From: Hyphomicrobiales bacterium
GTDB taxonomy: Bacteria; Pseudomonadota; Alphaproteobacteria; Rhizobiales; Beijerinckiaceae
Assembly (NCBI GenBank): GCA_044445965.1
Contig: JBIOEJ010000010.1
Span: 4,512-68,511, forward strand
Reading direction: 5' to 3'
Length of the DNA: 64,000 nucleotides
Position 1 is the first letter of the stretch, and every line of letters begins with the position of its first letter. Shown here piece by piece: positions 39,887 through 48,835 of the stretch. A model generated the notes under the pieces. That model did not search any database and was not told where the DNA came from. It saw only the letters and a program-made list of their open reading frames with translations. A program made the position numbers and the translations under genes.

Positions 39887-40882
39887 ATGATTCGCATAGG
39901 GCTTCTCGGAGCCGGCCGCATCGGCCAAATCCATGGCCGCAATGTCGCGGCGCATCAGGGCGCTTCGCTCGTCGCCGTCGCCGACGCGGTCGCGGCTTCG
40001 GCAGCGGCGCTGGCCAAGGCGACGGGAGCGCAAGCGCGGAGCGTCGAGGAGCTCATCGCCGCCAAGGACATCGAGGCGGTGATGATCTGCGCCTCGACCG
40101 ATACCCATGCCGCGCTCATCGAACGCGCCGCCAAGGTGGGTAAGGCGATCTTCTGCGAAAAGCCGGTCGATCTTTCGGCCAAGCGTATCGTCCAGACGCT
40201 GCGCAAGACGGATGCGGCCGGCGTCAAGCTGATGATCGGCTTCAACCGCCGCTTCGACCCGCATTTCTCCGCCTTGAGGAAGCGGCTCGCCGCGGGCGCC
40301 GTCGGCGAGGTGGAGATCGTGACCATCCTGTCGCGCGATCCCTCCCCGCCGCCGATCGATTACGTAAAGCGCTCAGGCGGGCTGTTCCGCGACATGATGA
40401 TCCACGATCTCGACATGGCGCGTTTCCTGTTGGGCGAGGACCCGGCCGAGGTGCAGGCCTTGGGCTCGAGCCTCGTCGACCCGGCGATCGGCGAGGCGGG
40501 GGATGTCGATACCGCCGTCGTGCAGATGCGGACGAAATCCGGCAAGCTCTGCCAAATCTCGAATTCGCGCCGCGCCAGCTACGGCTATGACCAGCGCATC
40601 GAGGTGCATGGCTCGAAGGGCCTGCTGCGCGCCGGCAATGTCCATGAGACGACGGTCGAGCAGGCAACGGCCAAAGGCTTCACCACGGACCCGATCGAGA
40701 ATTTCTTCCTCGAACGCTATGCGGCCGCCTATCGACTCGAGCTCGACGCCTTCGTCGCTGCCGTGAAGTCGGGCCGCGCCCCCTCCCCTTCCGGTCATGA
40801 CGGGCTCAAGGCCCAGCTCCTCGCGGACGCCGCCACACTGTCCGCGCAAAGCGGCAAGCCGGTTCGAGTGGCGCTGTCGTAG
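39887..40882 (+). CDS. iolG: inositol 2-dehydrogenase
   Basis: 331-aa Gfo/Idh/MocA fold (IGLLGAGRIG; EKP motif FCEKPV). Divergent from iolC. Confidence 0.85.
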   Translation: MIRIGLLGAGRIGQIHGRNVAAHQGASLVAVADAVAASAAALAKATGAQARSVEELIAAKDIEAVMICASTDTHAALIERAAKVGKAIFCEKPVDLSAKRIVQTLRKTDAAGVKLMIGFNRRFDPHFSALRKRLAAGAVGEVEIVTILSRDPSPPPIDYVKRSGGLFRDMMIHDLDMARFLLGEDPAEVQALGSSLVDPAIGEAGDVDTAVVQMRTKSGKLCQISNSRRASYGYDQRIEVHGSKGLLRAGNVHETTVEQATAKGFTTDPIENFFLERYAAAYRLELDAFVAAVKSGRAPSPSGHDGLKAQLLADAATLSAQSGKPVRVALS

Positions 40883-40937
40883 AGGGTCCAGGGTTCGACG
40901 AATTTAACCGGACCGACTTGAAAGACGAGGGAACGCA

Positions 40938-41756
40938 ATGGCTGCCACGATCGAGTTCGCGCTCAATCATATCGCGGCTCCGCGCCTTGGCATCGGCGAT
41001 TTCTTTGCGCTCGCCCGCGAGCTCGGCCTCGGCAAGGTCGAGATCCGCAACGACCTCGCCGGCGTCCCGATCCTGGACGGCACGCCGGCGGCCAAGGTCA
41101 GGCGGGAAGCCGAGGCGAAGGGCGTCGAGATCCTCTCGATCAATGCGCTGCAGCGCTTCAACGAATGGAGCGATCGGCGCGCCGCGGAGGCGCGCGAGCT
41201 CGCTCGCTACGCGAAGGAGTGCGGCGCCGGGGCGCTTGTCCTCGTCCCGGTCAATGACGCGGCCTTCCATCCGGGCAACGAGGCGCGCCTCGCGGGCTTG
41301 CGCGAGGCATTGCGCGGCCTCGCGCCCATCCTCGAAGAGGCCGGCCTAGCGGGCTTCGTCGAGCCCTTAGGGTTTCCCATCTCGTCGCTGCGCTCGAAAC
41401 GAGAGGCGATCGAAGCCATCGACCAGGTCGGCGGACAGGGCCGCTTCCGGCTGGTGCATGACACATTCCATCATCATCTCGCGGGCGAAGCCGACATCTT
41501 CCCGGGGCGCACCGGCCTCGTGCATATCTCCGGCGTCGCCGATCGGAGGCTCGCCGTGGCCGACATGCTCGACGCGCATCGCGTGCTCGTCGACGAAGCC
41601 GACCGGCTCGGCAATATCGCGCAGATCAAGGCGCTGCGCAGTGGAGGCTATGGCGCCGTCTTCTCCTTCGAGCCCTTCGCGCAGAGTGTGCAGAAAGCGC
41701 CGGACATCGCGTCGAGGCTCGAAGCCAGCATGCGATTCGTGAGGGAGCGGATTTAG
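40938..41756 (+). CDS. xylose-isomerase-like TIM-barrel protein (IolI-like inosose isomerase candidate)
   Basis: 272-aa TIM-barrel AP-endonuclease-2 type sequence directly downstream of iolG. Confidence 0.65.
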   Translation: MAATIEFALNHIAAPRLGIGDFFALARELGLGKVEIRNDLAGVPILDGTPAAKVRREAEAKGVEILSINALQRFNEWSDRRAAEARELARYAKECGAGALVLVPVNDAAFHPGNEARLAGLREALRGLAPILEEAGLAGFVEPLGFPISSLRSKREAIEAIDQVGGQGRFRLVHDTFHHHLAGEADIFPGRTGLVHISGVADRRLAVADMLDAHRVLVDEADRLGNIAQIKALRSGGYGAVFSFEPFAQSVQKAPDIASRLEASMRFVRERI

Positions 41757-41770
41757 ACCAATGGCGATTC

Positions 41771-41793
41771 ACCTCTCTCGCAAGGGGAGAGGT
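41771..41793. terminator. terminator-like hairpin between convergent genes (no U-tract)
   Basis: ACCTCTCTC-GCAAG-GGGGAGAGGT, of the CCTCTC/GAGAGG family. Confidence 0.3.
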
Positions 41794-41809
41794 CAAGCGC
41801 TGGTGCTCT

Positions 41810-43015
41810 TCACTTCCAGGCGGATTGGTCCGAATCCCAGGTCCGACCTTTGAGCGCTTGGGCGAGCGCCGTCACCAAGGCATCGCCGTCCTTCGATTGC
41901 GGCTGGTCCTCGCCGGCGCCGCCGACGCTCGCGCCGCTGAATTTCAGGCGGGGTCCCGCTCCCTCGTCCACGGTTTCGGCGGTGACGTCTCCAACCCACA
42001 AAACCAGATTCTCGGTCGAGCCCGGCTTCTCCGGGCCGATCAGCGCGGTCACCTCCATGATCTGCGCGAGATCGAGGCCCGCGATCGAATTGTCGGGGCG
42101 ATCGAGCTTCAAGGTGAGCCCGCCCGAGGTGGCCTCCCATTGCGATGAACGCAGCTTGCCGGAAAAGGCCCGCATCGCGGCCGCGCCGATCGCGGCCTCG
42201 ATCTTCGCCTTGTCGATCCTGCCGTCGGCGCTCCGCCAATCCGTACCTGCGAAGCGGATGGCGCGGTCCATGGAGTAGGTGCCGACGCCGAAGCCCGCCG
42301 CCGTCACGCCGGGAGCGCTCTTGAGGGCAGCGATCAGCGCCGGGGCGCGCTCGGGATCGAGCTCGATCTTCACAATGTGCTCGCCGCTCCGCAAGACGCT
42401 GCAATCGGCGGCAAGCGTCGTGAAATCGACCAGTGCATCTTGGTTTCTGAGGCCCTTGATCGTCTCGGCGAGCGATGGCCGCTTGATCTTGGCCACGATG
42501 GTGTCGGGAGCGACCTCGGTGAAATCCTTGGGCGCCGCCACCAGCGTCTCGGGCTCTGGTTGCGACTGGCGAAATTCCTCCTCGCTCTCGTCGGTGTTGT
42601 CGGCCGAAGAGACCTCCAGCACGGCGGAGCCGCGAGTGATCGATCCCTCGAAGGTGAAGCTCGATCCCGTCTGCTTGCGGATGAGGCTGACCGAAACGGG
42701 GAGTTTGTCCTCCTGGCTCTCGGCAGTACCGACGAGTTTCGCGCCTTGCGGCTTCAGGGTCGCGACGAAGCGATCCTTGCGATCCGACTCCTCGGACACC
42801 GAATGGCAGACATCGAGAATCGCGGTGGTGACTTTCCCGCCTTGCCGCGTCTCCTTCAAAATGCCGTCGACCGGCAATTCGCCCATCAGGCCGCTGGAGA
42901 AGGTGAAATAGGCGACGCTCTCGGCTGGGGCCTTCTTGGCAGGGGTCTGGGCGTCGGCGATCGCGGCCGCCTGGATGATCATGGCGGCAACCGCCAGCGG
43001 AATGGAAACGCGCAT
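41810..43015 (-). CDS. hypothetical exported protein (401 aa)
   Basis: Signal peptide MRVSIPLAVAAMIIQAAAIADA. No family recognised. An acidic linker sits mid-protein. Confidence 0.6.
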   Translation of the reverse strand: MRVSIPLAVAAMIIQAAAIADAQTPAKKAPAESVAYFTFSSGLMGELPVDGILKETRQGGKVTTAILDVCHSVSEESDRKDRFVATLKPQGAKLVGTAESQEDKLPVSVSLIRKQTGSSFTFEGSITRGSAVLEVSSADNTDESEEEFRQSQPEPETLVAAPKDFTEVAPDTIVAKIKRPSLAETIKGLRNQDALVDFTTLAADCSVLRSGEHIVKIELDPERAPALIAALKSAPGVTAAGFGVGTYSMDRAIRFAGTDWRSADGRIDKAKIEAAIGAAAMRAFSGKLRSSQWEATSGGLTLKLDRPDNSIAGLDLAQIMEVTALIGPEKPGSTENLVLWVGDVTAETVDEGAGPRLKFSGASVGGAGEDQPQSKDGDALVTALAQALKGRTWDSDQSAWK

Positions 43016-43081
43016 GGGTACCTCCCGTCGATGAACGCCTATCCGGCCACGACAGGCCCATCAAAGAATAGGCGAGGCGTG

Positions 43082-43732
43082 TCAAATGCATGACGTTCGG
43101 GCGCCGGACCGGTGCTCTCCGCCGGCGCGGATCAGCTCGCGCTCGGTGAGGATGGCGTCGAGGCGCTGGTCATGCGCCTCCATGGGAATGGCTTCCACCT
43201 CCTGGCAGGCGAAGGCCAAGCCCAAGCTGCGCGGCCGCGAGCCGCTGGCCGCGAGCCGGCCGATCGCCCCGTCGTAATAACCCTTGCCGTAGCCGATCCG
43301 ACGACAGCTGCGATCGAAGGCCGCGAGCGGCACGAGCATGATCTCAGGCGCTGCGAGCGGAGCCTCGGTCGGCGGCTGCGAGAGCCCGAAGCCCGCTTGC
43401 CGCAACCGGTCCCCGAAGGCGAAACGGCGGAAGACGAGCTTGCCGCCCTCGACGCAGGGCAGAGCGAGTTGCGTGCCCGCCTCGGCGAGCTTGCGCATCA
43501 GGAAGCGCGGATCGAGCTCGGAGCGGATCGGCCAGAAGCCGCTGACGACCGCGCCCTCGATTTCGCCGAGCGCCGTCACCCCGCTCTCGGCGAAGCCTTT
43601 CGATGCCGCAAGCCGCATCTCGGGAGGGAGCGCATCCCGGCGTGCCAGCGCGCCGGCGCGGATGGCGGCCTTCTGCCGGGAGATATCGCCGAGGTTGTCG
43701 GCGCGTTTCACGGGAGCGTCGGGTGCCGTCAC
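43082..43732 (-). CDS. 5-formyltetrahydrofolate cyclo-ligase
   Basis: 216 aa with a GTG start. KAAIRAGALARRDAL... and GYGKGYYD are typical of the family. Confidence 0.85.
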   Translation of the reverse strand: MTAPDAPVKRADNLGDISRQKAAIRAGALARRDALPPEMRLAASKGFAESGVTALGEIEGAVVSGFWPIRSELDPRFLMRKLAEAGTQLALPCVEGGKLVFRRFAFGDRLRQAGFGLSQPPTEAPLAAPEIMLVPLAAFDRSCRRIGYGKGYYDGAIGRLAASGSRPRSLGLAFACQEVEAIPMEAHDQRLDAILTERELIRAGGEHRSGARTSCI

Positions 43733-43744
43733 TCGAGACCCTCT

Positions 43745-43892
43745 GTCGCCGTCGCCGCTGTAAATGCAGCGAAACTACAGTGAAAGGAGCGGAGCCGCCT
43801 CGGCCGTCGGACCATCGATCCCGGGACACCTACAACGTAGGTGGGCGCCGTGTGTCCGGGTCCAGGGACCTGGTCAGGGACAGCTCCCGTTT
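43745..43892 (-). ncRNA. ssrS: candidate 6S RNA (boundaries approximate)
   Basis: Highly structured ~150-nt region directly upstream of the 5-formyl-THF cyclo-ligase gene, the classical ssrS-ygfA linkage. Pairs seen: GGAGC/GCUCC, CCCGG/CCGGG, AUCGAUCC/GGAUCGAU and CACCUAC/GUAGGUG, with large internal loops. TTGGAC-N17-TATCGA lies at 43924-43896. Confidence 0.35.
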
Positions 43893-43946
43893 GGATCGAT
43901 AAGGGCCCGGGGATACAAGTCCAAACGCACCGCGCAGCCCCGCTTC

Positions 43947-44061
43947 GCGAATGTAGGCGAATGCGGAGCGAAACGCCAGGGGGAGAGCGAATAGCGCATA
44001 GCGAGCAGTGAGCACGGGGCAAGGGGGACCCCACCGCTCGCCATTCGACACTCGCCATACT
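43947..44061. repeat. heptamer-periodic GCGAAT/GCGAG array with inverted partner
   Basis: GCGAATGTAGGCGAATGCGGAGCGAAACGCC and GAGCGAATAGCGCATAGCGAGCAGTGAGC (43947-44013) face GCTCGCCATTCGACACTCGCCATAC (44037-44061). Confidence 0.7.
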
Positions 44062-44112
44062 AACGTCGCGGCCGATCAGGCATGTGAATCCATCGCGGGG
44101 AAGGCGCGCTCC

Positions 44113-45711
44113 ATGGGCGATCGAGCGACACCGGAAATGAGCCGCCGCCGCCTGCTGACCATGATCGGCCAGGCGAGTTCCGGCGCCGTGATGTACCAGG
44201 CCATGGCGAGCCTCGGCCATGCGGCGGATTCGGGCTATGCCGGGCCGCTCGCGCTGCAGGGCGATCCGAAGGGCGCCTCGATCCTGATCCTCGGCGCCGG
44301 CCTTGCCGGAATGACGGCGGCGCTCGAGCTGCGCAAGGCCGGCTACAAGGTCAAGCTGCTCGAATATCAGAGAAGGGCCGGCGGCCGGAACTGGTCGTTG
44401 CGCGGGGGCGACAGCTACACCGAGCTCGGCGGCCTCACGCAGGACTGCGCCTTCGACCAGGGGCTCTACATCAATCCCGGTCCTTGGCGCATCCCCTATC
44501 ATCACCGCGCGCTGCTCGATTACTGCAAGCGGCTCGGCGTCAGGCTAGAGCCCTTCATGCAGCTCAACTTCAACAGCCATCTGCACGCGACCGGCGCCTT
44601 CGGCGGCAAGCCGCAGCGTTTCCGCCACATCATGTCGGACTATAACGGCTACATCTCCGAGCTCCTCGCCAAGGCTGCGAACGAGCACAGGCTCGACGAG
44701 GCCGTGAGCCAGGAGGACATGGAGATGCTCTTGGCCTCGCTCAGGAGCTGGGGAGCCCTCGACAGGGACTATGCCTATAAGGCGGGCTATGTATCGAGCT
44801 ATGTCCGAGGCTTCGACAAGGAGCCCGGCGGCGGGATGGACGGCGCGCCCGTGCCGTCGACGCCGATCGGGCGCGGCGACATCCTGCGGTCGCGGCTATG
44901 GCGGCATCTGAGCCTCGGGCTGCAACACGAATTCCAGCACACCATGTTCCAGCCCGTCGGCGGCATGGACATGATCGGCAAGGCTTTCCTCGGGCAGGTG
45001 CAGGACCTCATCGAGTTCAACGCCAAGGTGACGGAGATCCGCCAGGACGACAAGGGCGTCACCGTGACCTACGAGGACGCGATGGCGGGCGGCGGCGTGA
45101 GGCAGGCGAGCGCCGATTGGTGCTTGTGCACCATCCCGCTCTCGATCCTCTCCCAGATCGACATCAATGTCGGCGCCCCCATGCAGGCCGCGATCGAGGC
45201 CGTGCCCTATCTCGGGTCGATCAAGATCGGCCTGCAATTCAAGCGCCGCTTCTGGGAGGAGGACGAGGCGATCTATGGCGGCATCTCCTTCACCGACTTG
45301 CCGATCGCCCAGATCTCGTATCCGAGCACCGACTATCACAAGGCCGGCAAGGGCGTGCTGCTCGGCGCCTATAGCTTCGGGGTGCCGGCGACCGAGTTCA
45401 CCGCCATGACGCCAGCGCAGCGCATTGCGCTCGCCGTCGAGAACGGCGCGCAGATCCACCCCCAATACAAGGCCGAGTTCGAGAACGGCATCTCGGTCGG
45501 CTGGAGCCGCGTCCCCTGGACGCTCGGCTGCTTCGGCCTGTGGACCGGCGCGACGCGCAAGGCGCATTACCGGAACCTGTGCGCCATAGACGGGCGCATC
45601 GCGCTCGCCGGCGAGCATGCCTCCTATGTCAATGCCTGGCAGGAAGGCGCGATCCTTTCGGCGCTCGACGCCGTCACGCGGCTGCACAAGCGCGTCGTGG
45701 CGGGGAATTGA
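44113..45711 (+). CDS. flavin-containing amine oxidase family protein, Tat-exported
   Basis: Twin-arginine signal MSRRRLLTMIGQASSGAV..HAA, dinucleotide-binding ILILGAGLAGMTAALEL and GGR. Start 44113 or 44137. Confidence 0.85.
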   Translation: MGDRATPEMSRRRLLTMIGQASSGAVMYQAMASLGHAADSGYAGPLALQGDPKGASILILGAGLAGMTAALELRKAGYKVKLLEYQRRAGGRNWSLRGGDSYTELGGLTQDCAFDQGLYINPGPWRIPYHHRALLDYCKRLGVRLEPFMQLNFNSHLHATGAFGGKPQRFRHIMSDYNGYISELLAKAANEHRLDEAVSQEDMEMLLASLRSWGALDRDYAYKAGYVSSYVRGFDKEPGGGMDGAPVPSTPIGRGDILRSRLWRHLSLGLQHEFQHTMFQPVGGMDMIGKAFLGQVQDLIEFNAKVTEIRQDDKGVTVTYEDAMAGGGVRQASADWCLCTIPLSILSQIDINVGAPMQAAIEAVPYLGSIKIGLQFKRRFWEEDEAIYGGISFTDLPIAQISYPSTDYHKAGKGVLLGAYSFGVPATEFTAMTPAQRIALAVENGAQIHPQYKAEFENGISVGWSRVPWTLGCFGLWTGATRKAHYRNLCAIDGRIALAGEHASYVNAWQEGAILSALDAVTRLHKRVVAGN

Positions 45712-45742
45712 CGGACGACAGAGGGCAGACGACGGAGGATAG

Positions 45743-46174
45743 ATGAACCAGCTCTGCCGACAGCTCCTCTGCCCTGCGTCGCCTGTCTTCCGTCGTCTGA
45801 TGGCCGCGCTCGCCGTCTTCGCCGGCTCGACGGGCGCCATGGCGCAGAGCACCGATTTCCTCTCCACCATGACGCGCTATCCCGAGCAGAGTGGGGAAGC
45901 GCTCTACAAATCGATCTGCCAGGGCTGCCATATGCCCGACGCCAAAGGCGCCGTCGGGGCGGGCGCCTATCCGGGGCTCGCCGATGATCGAAAGCTCGAG
46001 GCCGCGGGCTATTCGATCACTCTCGTGCTGCGCGGGCAAAAGGCGATGCCGCCCTTCGGCTATGCCCTGAGCGACGAGCAGGTAGCAGCCGTCGTGAACT
46101 ATGTCCGCACCCATTTCGGCAACGCCTATAGGGACGAGGTGACGGCCGCGGACGTCAAGACGGCAAGGCCTTAG
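45743..46174 (+). CDS. c-type cytochrome (class I, monohaem)
   Basis: 143 aa with a signal peptide, the haem motif CQGCHM and a distal Met region (QKAMPPF). GGAGGA RBS; 31 nt after the oxidase stop. Confidence 0.85.
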   Translation: MNQLCRQLLCPASPVFRRLMAALAVFAGSTGAMAQSTDFLSTMTRYPEQSGEALYKSICQGCHMPDAKGAVGAGAYPGLADDRKLEAAGYSITLVLRGQKAMPPFGYALSDEQVAAVVNYVRTHFGNAYRDEVTAADVKTARP

Positions 46175-46358
46175 CGGCCGCTTACGACAGACCGCTTAGC
46201 GACCGCTTGTCCCGACGGCTCGGATGGAGAATACTCGCGCCAAGCTCCGGATCGACCGCCGGTCTATTCCGGCGTGACTCGGGGGTGCCATTGCGTGCCC
46301 ATGCCGGAGAGAAGCGGCCGCCAAGCGCCGCGCGAAGCAGCATCGAAGAGGAGACGGA

Positions 46359-47687
46359 ATGCCCGACACAATCGGAATCAACCGGCGAGAGAGCCTCGCT
46401 CTCGCTCTCGGGGGGCTTTTCATGCTCGGCTCGAACGGAGCCGACGCACAGGGCGTGACCACGCTGACGTTCTGGACCGTGCGCCTGAATACGCCCGACT
46501 TGTCGGCTGCGCTCAAGACCATCCTGGCCGATTTCGAGAAGCAGAATCCGAGCATCAAGATCGTGCACGAGCCGGTCTCGGGCAACCTCGTCTATCCGAA
46601 GTTCATGACTGCGATCCGGGGACAGTCCATGCCCGATATCGCCGAGGCCTTTTCCTATCATCCCTTGCAGTTCGCCGCAGTCGGCCAGATGGAGCCGATG
46701 GACGACATTATCGAGCTGTGGAAACAAAACGGCGCGCTCGATAACATCTTCAATGAATACGCCTACAAGAAATTCCTCTGGAACGACCATTACTGGGGCG
46801 TGCCCTATAATCTCGACATCCGTCCGATCTATTATCGCAAGGACCTGCTCGAGGCGAAGGGCATCAAGCCGCCGACCAACTGGGCCGAGTTCCAGGCAGC
46901 GGCCATCGCCCTCAACGACCAGGCGAGCGGCGTGTTCGGCGTGGTCTTTCCGGCGGGCAATTTCTTCATCTCCCAGCACATCTACATGTCGTTCATGTTC
47001 CAGGCCGGCGGCGGCATCCTCGACAAGGACGGCAACCTGATCTTCGGCACCAGCGCCAAGGACGCCAACGTCAAGGCGCTCACCTACCTGACCGATTTCG
47101 CCACCAAGTACAAGGTCACGCCTCCCGGCATCGCTTCCTACAACACGGACGAGGCGCATACGATCTTCCTGCAGGGGCGCGCCGCCTTCGGTCTCGGCAC
47201 GGGCGGGCTGATCGGCCGCATCATGAACGAAAATCCGACCCTGTTCGACAAGGTCGGCATCCTCGAGGTGCTGGAGGGGCCCGCCGGACCGTCGAGGAAG
47301 CTGACGGCAGGCTTCTACAACCCGATGTTCGTCTGGAAATACAGCCCCGGCAAGGAAGCCGCCAAGACCTTCGTCAAATGGTTCATCCAGTCGGGCCGCC
47401 TCGAGCCGCTCTACAAGGCTGCGCCGGGGCAGCAATGGCCGATCTTCAAGACGGACGTCAATTCGGAACGGGTCAAGTCCAACCGCCTGCTCGACGAGGC
47501 CCTGAGGAAGGTCGTCCCCTACGCCACCGATTTCGCCTATCCGGGCTATGGCAGGCCGGAGATGGGGGTGATCGACGGCGAGAAGATGTTCGCCGCTCCC
47601 GTCAACGAGGTCGTGGTCGGCACCAAGACGCCCGAGAAGGCCGTGCTCGACGCTCATGAGGCCATGAAGAAGGTCTTCGCGTCCTAG
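46359..47687 (+). CDS. carbohydrate ABC transporter substrate-binding protein
   Basis: 442 aa of family-1 extracellular solute-binding type, with an N-terminal export signal. Confidence 0.85.
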   Translation: MPDTIGINRRESLALALGGLFMLGSNGADAQGVTTLTFWTVRLNTPDLSAALKTILADFEKQNPSIKIVHEPVSGNLVYPKFMTAIRGQSMPDIAEAFSYHPLQFAAVGQMEPMDDIIELWKQNGALDNIFNEYAYKKFLWNDHYWGVPYNLDIRPIYYRKDLLEAKGIKPPTNWAEFQAAAIALNDQASGVFGVVFPAGNFFISQHIYMSFMFQAGGGILDKDGNLIFGTSAKDANVKALTYLTDFATKYKVTPPGIASYNTDEAHTIFLQGRAAFGLGTGGLIGRIMNENPTLFDKVGILEVLEGPAGPSRKLTAGFYNPMFVWKYSPGKEAAKTFVKWFIQSGRLEPLYKAAPGQQWPIFKTDVNSERVKSNRLLDEALRKVVPYATDFAYPGYGRPEMGVIDGEKMFAAPVNEVVVGTKTPEKAVLDAHEAMKKVFAS

Positions 47688-47935
47688 GGCGTGTTGACAT
47701 ACGGCTCGTGGCCGGGACGCCTGTCGTTTTGGTCCGGCAAGCAGGAGGCGATCTGAGCCAATATGTCGATATTGGCGAGATCGACGACGAACTTGCAGGC
47801 CAAAACGGCCGCGCCCCTCCGGGGTTTGGACGAAATGGCCATCTGGTGCGTCGAAAACCTCGCCGATACCGGAATTCGCTGCACTCTAGAGCATGATCGG
47901 GGCGCCAGGCCGGCGCCTTCAGGGAGACCGAAGCG

Positions 47936-48823
47936 ATGTTCCTGCAGAGGCGAGCTCGCTTCGCCTATTTCCTGATCTTCCCTTCCCTCATCGTCATCAC
48001 GCTCCTCAATCTCTATCCGATGATCGAAGGGATCATCGTCAGCCTGCAAAACCAGAACATGATACGCCCCGACCCGACGGCGTATGTGGGGCTCAGCCAT
48101 TATGCGCGCGCGCTCCTCGAGGAGAAGACCTTCTGGTCGAGCCTCGGCAAGACCGTGATCTGGACCGCGGGCTCGGTCATCGGCGCCTATGTGCTGGCCC
48201 TGTCGCTCGCCCTTCTCTTGAACATGGACGTGCGCGGCCGCGGCTTCTTCCGCGCCTTGTTCCTCATTCCCTGGGTGATCCCGGACGTGTGCACGGCGCT
48301 CCTCTGGAAGTGGCTTTATGGCGACGAGTTCGGCGTCATCAACTTCCTGTTGGCGAAGTTCGGGTTGATCAGGCAGCCGGTGCTTTGGCTTTCGAATCCG
48401 GACATCGCCATGCCGGCGGTGATCTTCGTCCAGATCTGGAAGCTCTATCCGGTCATGTTCATCGTCCTCCTGGCCGCGCTGCAAAACGTGCCGAGGGAGC
48501 TGTTCGAGGCCGCGATCATCGACGGCGCCGGCATGCGGCAGCGCTTCTGGTTCATCATCCTGCCCTTCATCAAACCGACGAGCATCATCATCACGCTGCT
48601 CGCCTCCATCTGGACCTTTCAGGCCTTCGACATCGTCTATCTCCTGACGGGAGGCGGTCCGGCCGATGCCACCAAGATCCTGCCGACGCTCATCTATGAA
48701 AAGGCCTTCTGGGGGCTCGAGATCGGCTACGCGGCCGCCCTGGCCATGCTGATGCTCGTCGGCCTCCTGGTGCTGAGCGTCGCCTATCTCCTCGTCTACC
48801 GATCCCAGAGCGACAAGGCGTAG
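47936..48823 (+). CDS. carbohydrate ABC transporter permease (MalF-like)
   Basis: 295 aa, 6 TM, with EAA-loop region ELFEAAIIDGAGMRQRFWFIILP. Confidence 0.9.
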   Translation: MFLQRRARFAYFLIFPSLIVITLLNLYPMIEGIIVSLQNQNMIRPDPTAYVGLSHYARALLEEKTFWSSLGKTVIWTAGSVIGAYVLALSLALLLNMDVRGRGFFRALFLIPWVIPDVCTALLWKWLYGDEFGVINFLLAKFGLIRQPVLWLSNPDIAMPAVIFVQIWKLYPVMFIVLLAALQNVPRELFEAAIIDGAGMRQRFWFIILPFIKPTSIIITLLASIWTFQAFDIVYLLTGGGPADATKILPTLIYEKAFWGLEIGYAAALAMLMLVGLLVLSVAYLLVYRSQSDKA

Positions 48824-48835
48824 GGAATCGACCCG

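Noticed and set aside
45712-45742. Purine-rich 7-nt periodic stretch CGGACGA CAGAGGG CAGACGA CGGAGGA between the amine oxidase and cytochrome c genes
   Set aside because: It is short, its units are only loosely similar, and it largely coincides with the ribosome-binding region (GGAGGA). This is probably not the same family as the YGRRTAG heptamers.
46175-46210. Three CCGCTT(A/G) copies after the cytochrome c stop as a tandem repeat
   Set aside because: The spacing is irregular (14 and 11 nt) and the unit is only 6-7 nt. This is insufficient to call a repeat family.
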